Shown here: piece by piece, positions 26,686 through 32,000 of the stretch
Numbering within the stretch: position 1 is the first letter of the stretch
How the letters are laid out: the number at the start of each line of letters is the position of its first letter
Assembly: GCF_000018105.1 (NCBI RefSeq)
Contig: NC_009925.1
Location: 4,920,001 to 4,952,000 of the forward strand
DNA length: 32,000 nucleotides
Source: Acaryochloris marina MBIC11017
GTDB taxonomy: Bacteria; Cyanobacteriota; Cyanobacteriia; Thermosynechococcales; Thermosynechococcaceae
Direction of reading: 5' to 3'
Program-made: the position numbers and the translations under genes
Notes under the pieces: generated by a model
Seen by the model: the letters and a program-made list of their open reading frames with translations, nothing else
Database searches by the model: none
Told to the model about the DNA's origin: nothing

Positions 26686-28395
26686 ATGAAGATTGCGATC
26701 GCACAATTGAATCCCACGATTGGTGATTTGGTCGGGAATGCTGAAGCTATTGCAGCGGCGGCCACGGCAGCCGAACAGGAGGGGGCTACCTTACTCTTGA
26801 CTCCAGAGCTATCCCTATGTGGCTATCCCCCTAGAGACTTGTTGCTCGACCCCAGCTTTGTCGAGGCGGCCCAGACTACCTTGGACCAGCTCGCCACCCA
26901 TTTACCGGCCAAACTCCACGTGCTGGTAGGCAGCGTGCAGCAAAACGCAGCTCAGGGGGGAAAACCCTTATTCAATAGCATTGTTCATTTGCATAACGGC
27001 GAGATTCAGCAGTGCTTTCATAAGCATTTGCTGCCCACCTACGATGTGTTCGATGAAGATCGCTATTTTGAACCCGGCCACCAGCCCAATGTGCTGGACC
27101 TGAAAGAAGGCAAAATTGGGGTCACTATCTGTGAAGATCTGTGGAACAACTCAGAGTTCTGGGAGAAACAAGCCTACGCCGTGGATCCAGTTGCTGAACT
27201 GATGAGCTACAACGTGGATTTGATCATCAACTTATCTGCCTCTCCCTTCTGCGTCGGCAAACAAGCACTGCGAGAAGCGATGTTACGGCACCATGCTCAG
27301 CAATACCACTGTCCCCTGATCTATGCCAATCAGGTGGGTGGAAATGACGACTTGATTTTTGATGGCCGCAGTGTCGCCGTCAACCGCCAGGGAGATGTAG
27401 TGGGACGGGCCAAGGGCTTTGCCCCTGACTTGTTGCTCTTTGATTACGAGGCCCATGATCTGCTGCCCAGTCGAATCGAGCCTGCGGTATCGGATATCAA
27501 TGCTGAAATCTGGTCAGCCTTGGTATTGGGATTGCGAGACTATGCCCAAAAATGTGGATTTAGTCAAGCCGTTCTGGGATTGAGTGGCGGTATTGACTCT
27601 TCCCTAGTGGCCGCCATTGCCGCTGCCGCCTTGGGTCCTGAGAATGTATTGGGTGTGCTGATGCCTTCACCCTACAGTTCTGATCATTCCATCAAGGATG
27701 CGGAAGATTTGGCCCAGAACTTGGGAATGCCAACAACACAGTTAGCGATCGCATCAGCAATGCAGACCTACGACCAGATCTTAAGCTCCGTTTTTGCCGG
27801 GACCGAACCCGGTGTCGCCGAAGAAAATATTCAAGCCCGGATTCGAGGTAATTTGCTGATGGCCATTGCTAACAAATTTGGCCGTTTACTCATTTCCACG
27901 GGCAATAAATCGGAAATGGCCGTGGGCTACTGCACCCTCTACGGGGATATGAATGGAGGTTTAGCAGCCATTGCAGATGTGCCTAAAACTCGGGTGTATG
28001 AGCTATGCCGTTGGCTGAATACCCACACGCCACCCGAACTGGAAGAGCATGGCATCATCATTCCTGACTCTGTGATCACCAAGCCCCCTAGCGCTGAACT
28101 TAAGCCCGGCCAGGTGGATCAAGACTCTTTGCCTGATTATGATGTTCTCGATGATATTCTCTATCGCTATGTCGATCACCACCAATCGAGCCAACAAATA
28201 ATCGCGGCAGGTCATCCTACCGCGATCGTGGACCGAATTATTCAAATGGTCAAAAGGGCTGAGTTCAAACGCCGCCAAGCCCCTCCTGGGCTCAAGATTA
28301 CGGACCGAGCGTTTGGCACAGGTTGGCGTATGCCCATTGCGGCTCGAACCACCTGGCCACCTACAGCAGCTCAGCCGGTATCCGTTGAGACCTAA
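26686..28395 (+). CDS. nadE: Glutamine-dependent NAD+ synthetase
   Basis: 569 aa. It has an N-terminal CN-hydrolase (nitrilase-like) domain (KIAIAQLNP...ELSLCGYPP...ICEDLW) and a C-terminal synthetase domain with the P-loop LGLSGGIDSS. Confidence 0.95.
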   Translation: MKIAIAQLNPTIGDLVGNAEAIAAAATAAEQEGATLLLTPELSLCGYPPRDLLLDPSFVEAAQTTLDQLATHLPAKLHVLVGSVQQNAAQGGKPLFNSIVHLHNGEIQQCFHKHLLPTYDVFDEDRYFEPGHQPNVLDLKEGKIGVTICEDLWNNSEFWEKQAYAVDPVAELMSYNVDLIINLSASPFCVGKQALREAMLRHHAQQYHCPLIYANQVGGNDDLIFDGRSVAVNRQGDVVGRAKGFAPDLLLFDYEAHDLLPSRIEPAVSDINAEIWSALVLGLRDYAQKCGFSQAVLGLSGGIDSSLVAAIAAAALGPENVLGVLMPSPYSSDHSIKDAEDLAQNLGMPTTQLAIASAMQTYDQILSSVFAGTEPGVAEENIQARIRGNLLMAIANKFGRLLISTGNKSEMAVGYCTLYGDMNGGLAAIADVPKTRVYELCRWLNTHTPPELEEHGIIIPDSVITKPPSAELKPGQVDQDSLPDYDVLDDILYRYVDHHQSSQQIIAAGHPTAIVDRIIQMVKRAEFKRRQAPPGLKITDRAFGTGWRMPIAARTTWPPTAAQPVSVET

Positions 28396-28414
28396 TGGCT
28401 CGCCAGCGGAACGA

Positions 28415-28843
28415 TTAACCGATTCCAGCCACCACCAATGCGGCTTTTGCCGTTCCACCAAAAGGGAGGAGGTGGTTAATCACTGTATTCAGTATGGTGA
28501 GTAGGATGGAGCCCACAATGGGATCTAAAATTTTATTTTTCAGGCTAAATCCAGGAACCAACGCTGCAGCCAGCGCGAAAATAATGATATTCAGAACAAA
28601 ATGAATGGGGCCAGCAATCACAATATCGGTCAACTTCGGCCCCAACTCTAATAGAGCGAACAATGGCACGACCAAAGCATTTAAGATACCGAAGACAAAG
28701 GCAGAAAAGACAGCCTTACCGGGGCTATCAATCTCAACCCCCACAAATGGCAATTTGGAAATAATGAAGAGACTAATAGCGGTCACAATCAGTTTCAGGA
28801 CGAGTCCCAGGATTGTGTTAACGCCCCATGCTAATGGAATCAC
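28415..28843 (-). CDS. DUF360 / phage holin family IV-like membrane protein
   Basis: 142 aa with four predicted hydrophobic helices. The pattern LIVTAISLFIISKLPFVGVEIDS...AFVFGILNALVVP is typical of DUF360. Confidence 0.65.
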   Translation of the reverse strand: MIPLAWGVNTILGLVLKLIVTAISLFIISKLPFVGVEIDSPGKAVFSAFVFGILNALVVPLFALLELGPKLTDIVIAGPIHFVLNIIIFALAAALVPGFSLKNKILDPIVGSILLTILNTVINHLLPFGGTAKAALVVAGIG

Positions 28844-29175
28844 TTGTCTATCCTCCTCGGGTAGAGTATTGGTTGATGACTAATAGAGTAGAGTCACTCG
28901 TAATAAGTCCCCCCGTGGATTACTCCACACTTAGTGACTACCGTTTTTGATTCAGATTCCTAATACTCCTACCGTATTATTTGCTACTAAACCCCAGAAT
29001 ATTTAGATTTGTTTATAAAAAAGCGAAATACTTCGTCATACTCCTAAGACCTGAAATTATCGAGACGCAACTCAAGCCACTCTCATCTGTAAACACGCCG
29101 ATCTAGACATACTATTTAGAAGCGAATATCTTTGTCCCCAGATATTCAAGTCACTATTGTCGACGGACTATTGCC

Positions 29176-30210
29176 GTGTACTCGATCTTGGAGAAAAAAT
29201 ATCAACAGATTCAACGAGAGTTAGCTTTAGGAATCGGAGCTTTTGGGGGGGTCATTGCTCTAGGAACCCTTTGGTATTGGTTAGTCGAACATTGGCCCCT
29301 GACCGATGCCCTCTATATGACGGTGATCACTCTCTCCACTGTTGGCTTTATGGAAGTCAACCCCCTCAACGATCGCGGTCGAATATTCACGATTGTCCTC
29401 ATTATTGTAGGAGTGACCTGGCTTGGCTATATTGCTAATCGTTTTACCGAAGCGATCATCCAAGGGTATTTCCGGGATGGGGTCCGCCTTCAACAGCAAC
29501 GGCGATTATTAGAGGAAATATCGGGGCATTTTGTGCTCTGCGGGTTTGGTCGGACGGGCCAACAGATTGCCCAAGAGCTAGCCTCAGAGAACATTCCATT
29601 TGTGATTATTGATCAGGATGAAGCAGGGGTAGAAATGGCCCAAAACTTGGGCTATGTCACCGTCCAAGGTGGTGCGACCCAAGATCAAACCCTATTACAA
29701 GCTGGTATGGAACGAGCCAGCGGTATCGTCACCACTCTTGCATCCGATGCCGACAACCTATATGCGGTGTTGTCTGCAAAAAATATCAATCCTAAAATCA
29801 AAGCTATCGTTCGGGCGAATAGCGAAGATGCCCTTGCCAAAATGCAGCAAGTGGGGGCAGATGCGGTTGTTTCCCCCTATATGACCGTTGGTAAACGGAT
29901 GGTTGCCGCGGCTTTACGGCCCCAAGTCGTCAACTTCATGGATGTGGCGTTAACAGGCAGTGAACCTGACTTTTATATTGAAGAACTGCTGATTAATGCA
30001 AATAACTGCCCCTATGTGGGTCAGACTTTGGGCGTTGCGGATGTGCGATCGCAAACCGGTGCCTCCATCCTCGCCATCCGTCGAGCTAACGGCGAACTGA
30101 TAGGGGCGCCATCAGCACAAACCGAATTTCGCAGCCAAGATCTATTGATTTGCATGGGAACAACCCAGCAACTGCAAGCCCTCAACCAAGCCTTATCGCC
30201 TCAGAGCTAA
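29176..30210 (+). CDS. Two-TM potassium-channel-like protein with RCK (TrkA-N/TrkA-C) domains
   Basis: 344 aa. It has the TM1 - pore helix - filter-like TLSTVGFMEV - TM2 layout. A Rossmann-like VLCGFGRTGQ (TrkA-N) and a C-terminal TrkA-C-like region follow. GTG start. Confidence 0.8.
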   Translation: MYSILEKKYQQIQRELALGIGAFGGVIALGTLWYWLVEHWPLTDALYMTVITLSTVGFMEVNPLNDRGRIFTIVLIIVGVTWLGYIANRFTEAIIQGYFRDGVRLQQQRRLLEEISGHFVLCGFGRTGQQIAQELASENIPFVIIDQDEAGVEMAQNLGYVTVQGGATQDQTLLQAGMERASGIVTTLASDADNLYAVLSAKNINPKIKAIVRANSEDALAKMQQVGADAVVSPYMTVGKRMVAAALRPQVVNFMDVALTGSEPDFYIEELLINANNCPYVGQTLGVADVRSQTGASILAIRRANGELIGAPSAQTEFRSQDLLICMGTTQQLQALNQALSPQS

Positions 30211-30220
30211 CGGCAATCTC

Positions 30221-30823
30221 TCAGGGTGCAGCCGGAATAGGTTGGGGTTGAGACCCCGGCAAAGGAGCAAGGGGTTGTCCTGGCAAAGGCGTCGTCGTAG
30301 ATGGCTGATTGGGCACCGTAGGAAATGATCCTGGATTCGGACCATCCACAGACGGCACGGGTAGCACATCATTTTGACCGGGTGGTTGACCAGGGATCTG
30401 ACCGGGAGGGGTGACTGGATCACTTTTCACTGTCTCTAAGGCAACCCGCTCTCCGCCCACAGACCGCAGCATATCCAAAACCGTAATCACCTGGTCGTAA
30501 GTAGCACCCCCATCCGCCTTCAAAATCACAACCCCTTGAGGGGTCGTTTGCAAATAGCGGCTCACCAACTGCTTCAACTGAGTTTGATTCACCGGTTGAT
30601 TATTAGCCAACAGCTCCCCGAGGATGCCAACTTGCACCCTAAACTTACTGCTAAATTGGGGCGTTCCTGTTTCTGCCTTGGGAAGATTAAGGTTAATCCC
30701 TTCGGGGCGACTCAAACCTACCGTCCCCAAAATAAACACCGCCAGGAGACAAAAAACAACATCCAACAGCGGAATTAGTTCAACTTGAATGTCTGCATCT
30801 TCATTGTCTAAAAATGTTTTCAT
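30221..30823 (-). CDS. exbD: ExbD/TolR family biopolymer transport protein with a Pro-rich C-terminal extension
   Basis: 200 aa. The N-terminus (IQVELIPLLDVVFCLLAVFIL) and periplasmic core (VVILKADGGATYDQVITVLDML) are ExbD-like. The last ~66 aa are P/G/Q-rich. Confidence 0.8.
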   Translation of the reverse strand: MKTFLDNEDADIQVELIPLLDVVFCLLAVFILGTVGLSRPEGINLNLPKAETGTPQFSSKFRVQVGILGELLANNQPVNQTQLKQLVSRYLQTTPQGVVILKADGGATYDQVITVLDMLRSVGGERVALETVKSDPVTPPGQIPGQPPGQNDVLPVPSVDGPNPGSFPTVPNQPSTTTPLPGQPLAPLPGSQPQPIPAAP

Positions 30824-30856
30824 AGGAATTCAAACTGGCACTGAACAGGCAAAGTA

Positions 30857-31543
30857 TTATTCTTGAGAATCGTTTTGAGGGGGCAGGGCAGGCCGTGTTT
30901 CGGAGGGCTGCAGCCAAAACTGTCGATAGACCAGCTCTAGTTCATTCCCCGTCCGTCGAAATATACGCGCCTGATTAAAGACCAATCCTTGAAACAGCCG
31001 ATAAAAGGTCAGGGAAACAATCGCAATGGCCAATCCTACCAATGTACTGGTTAAAGCCTGGTCAATTCCTAAAGCTGGATTACCAACAATTTGACCAAAT
31101 TCCTCAAAATTTAATTTACCTAGGGAATTTTGCAAGCCTAAAATAGTACCAAATAGTCCCAGTAATGGAGATAAAGCAATCACAGCTTCTAGGACTTTGC
31201 TTCCCTTTCGCATAGCCGTCAGCTCTTCATCCGCAGAGGCTTCTAGAGCTAATCGAAAAATTTCCGGTTCTTGATTCGCTAACCGTAAAGGAGTAAACAG
31301 AAATCGACCGATGGGTTGATTGCTAAATTGTCGAGCCAGGTGAGTCGCTTCATCCCAATCTCGGCGGGCAGCATCCAGAATTTGCTTCGCTGTTTTTCGT
31401 TCTCCTTTGAGAAGATTGCTCCAGAACCATAACCGCTCAAAAACAGTTCCAATCGCTAAAATGGAGAGTCCGAGTAATGGCCATATTGTGGGCCCTCCCT
31501 TCTCAAATAGCTCGATAATATTCACGATACTTCCTTTGCCCAA
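30857..31543 (-). CDS. exbB: MotA/TolQ/ExbB proton-channel family protein
   Basis: 228 aa. The conserved C-terminal block is LEAVIALSPLLGLFGTILGL...ALTSTLVGLAIAI. It lies immediately upstream of exbD on the same strand. Confidence 0.85.
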   Translation of the reverse strand: MGKGSIVNIIELFEKGGPTIWPLLGLSILAIGTVFERLWFWSNLLKGERKTAKQILDAARRDWDEATHLARQFSNQPIGRFLFTPLRLANQEPEIFRLALEASADEELTAMRKGSKVLEAVIALSPLLGLFGTILGLQNSLGKLNFEEFGQIVGNPALGIDQALTSTLVGLAIAIVSLTFYRLFQGLVFNQARIFRRTGNELELVYRQFWLQPSETRPALPPQNDSQE

Positions 31544-31824
31544 TCCGACGATGAGATCAATAATGTTCGACGTTTTCTGTCTATTTCTGTCTCATCATGA
31601 AGTATAAGATATAGCATGACTTATTCATTTATGAAATAAATCTAGTCGACCATCAATTCCCCGATATTGCTCTATTAGAAGAACAAATATAAGTATTGCC
31701 GATTTAAAAAAACATATTAAGCCAATTTTGTCCCATCACAGGCAGAGAACACTCTGACGGGAATCCACACCAGATCTGTTATCTAATTTCTGACAAGATA
31801 GTAGGGCAAAGGAGATATAAGCTA

Positions 31825-32000
31825 ATGAATTTTTCGATCAAAGCACTATATAACTGGTATCGAAACAGTCTGCGTAATCCGAAGTATCGGGGATGGATTA
31901 TTGCCGGCACCTTGGCATATCTCTTAAGTCCCTTCGATATTTCTCCGGATGTCTTTCCCCTCATCGGTCAAATTGATGATCTTGCCTTACTAACGCTCTT
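31825..32000 (+). CDS. DUF1232 (YkvA-family) membrane protein, partial (runs off the window end)
   Basis: The ATG at 31825 is preceded by aaaggag (31808-31814). The translation MNFSIKALYNWYRNSLRNPKYRGWIIAGTLAYLLSPFDISPDVFPLIGQIDDLALLTL carries the DUF1232 signature (SPxDxxPDxxPxIGxxDDL). I prefer it over the antisense ORF 31779-31964. Confidence 0.65.
   Translation, partial: MNFSIKALYNWYRNSLRNPKYRGWIIAGTLAYLLSPFDISPDVFPLIGQIDDLALLTL

Noticed and set aside
28884-29175. Possible riboswitch (e.g. c-di-AMP/ydaO-type) upstream of the K+ channel gene
   Set aside because: I could not find the conserved ydaO sequence blocks or a convincing pseudo-symmetric fold by eye. A covariance-model search (Rfam/Infernal) would be needed to test this.
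31779-31964. 61-codon minus-strand ORF from the ORF track
   Set aside because: The opposite strand encodes a clear DUF1232 signature with an ATG and a Shine-Dalgarno sequence (31825 onward). The minus-strand ORF is an antisense artefact.

Overview
This is a cyanobacterial chromosomal segment. By eye I count at least 12 perfect HIP1 octamers (GCGATCGC), and thf1/psb29, a fibrillin gene and a cyAbrB regulator are present.

Left part: a truncated Pro-rich repeat protein, glmU, a long AT-rich leader, cyAbrB, and a 710-aa type IA topoisomerase preceded by three head-to-tail 21-bp direct repeats.

Middle part (about 5.5-13.9 kb): an HIP1-free, IS-rich accessory patch.
- An IS5-like element (6585-8281, 6-bp TSD TACTTA) whose transposase ORF has no stop inside the element.
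- A CDP-alcohol phosphatidyltransferase-family gene.
- An SMI1/KNR4 gene cleanly split by an IS1-family element (9244-10313, 8-bp TSD ATTCAATT). That element's transposase is cut into three frames at two C7 runs.
- A displaced, diverged remnant of the phosphatidyltransferase 3' end.
- A 178-aa orphan gene.
- An IS701-family element with perfect 26-bp inverted repeats.

Right part (housekeeping):
- A prolyl oligopeptidase interrupted by a single in-frame TAA.
- A stand-alone cNMP-binding protein, a glycosyltransferase, fibrillin, eda, a DUF362 protein and thf1.
- A 340-aa protein with a tandem MshEN-like (c-di-GMP-binding type) motif.
- A grx-bolA pair.
- A pncB-nadD-nrtR-nadE NAD operon with a candidate NrtR operator over its -10 box.
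- A DUF360 membrane protein.
- An RCK-type K+ channel with a non-canonical filter (TVGFME).
- exbB-exbD, and a truncated DUF1232 gene.

I found no rRNA, tRNA or CRISPR array, and no recognisable multi-gene defence or toxin system. I cannot support a claim of a novel system from sequence alone. The most unusual items are listed as findings.
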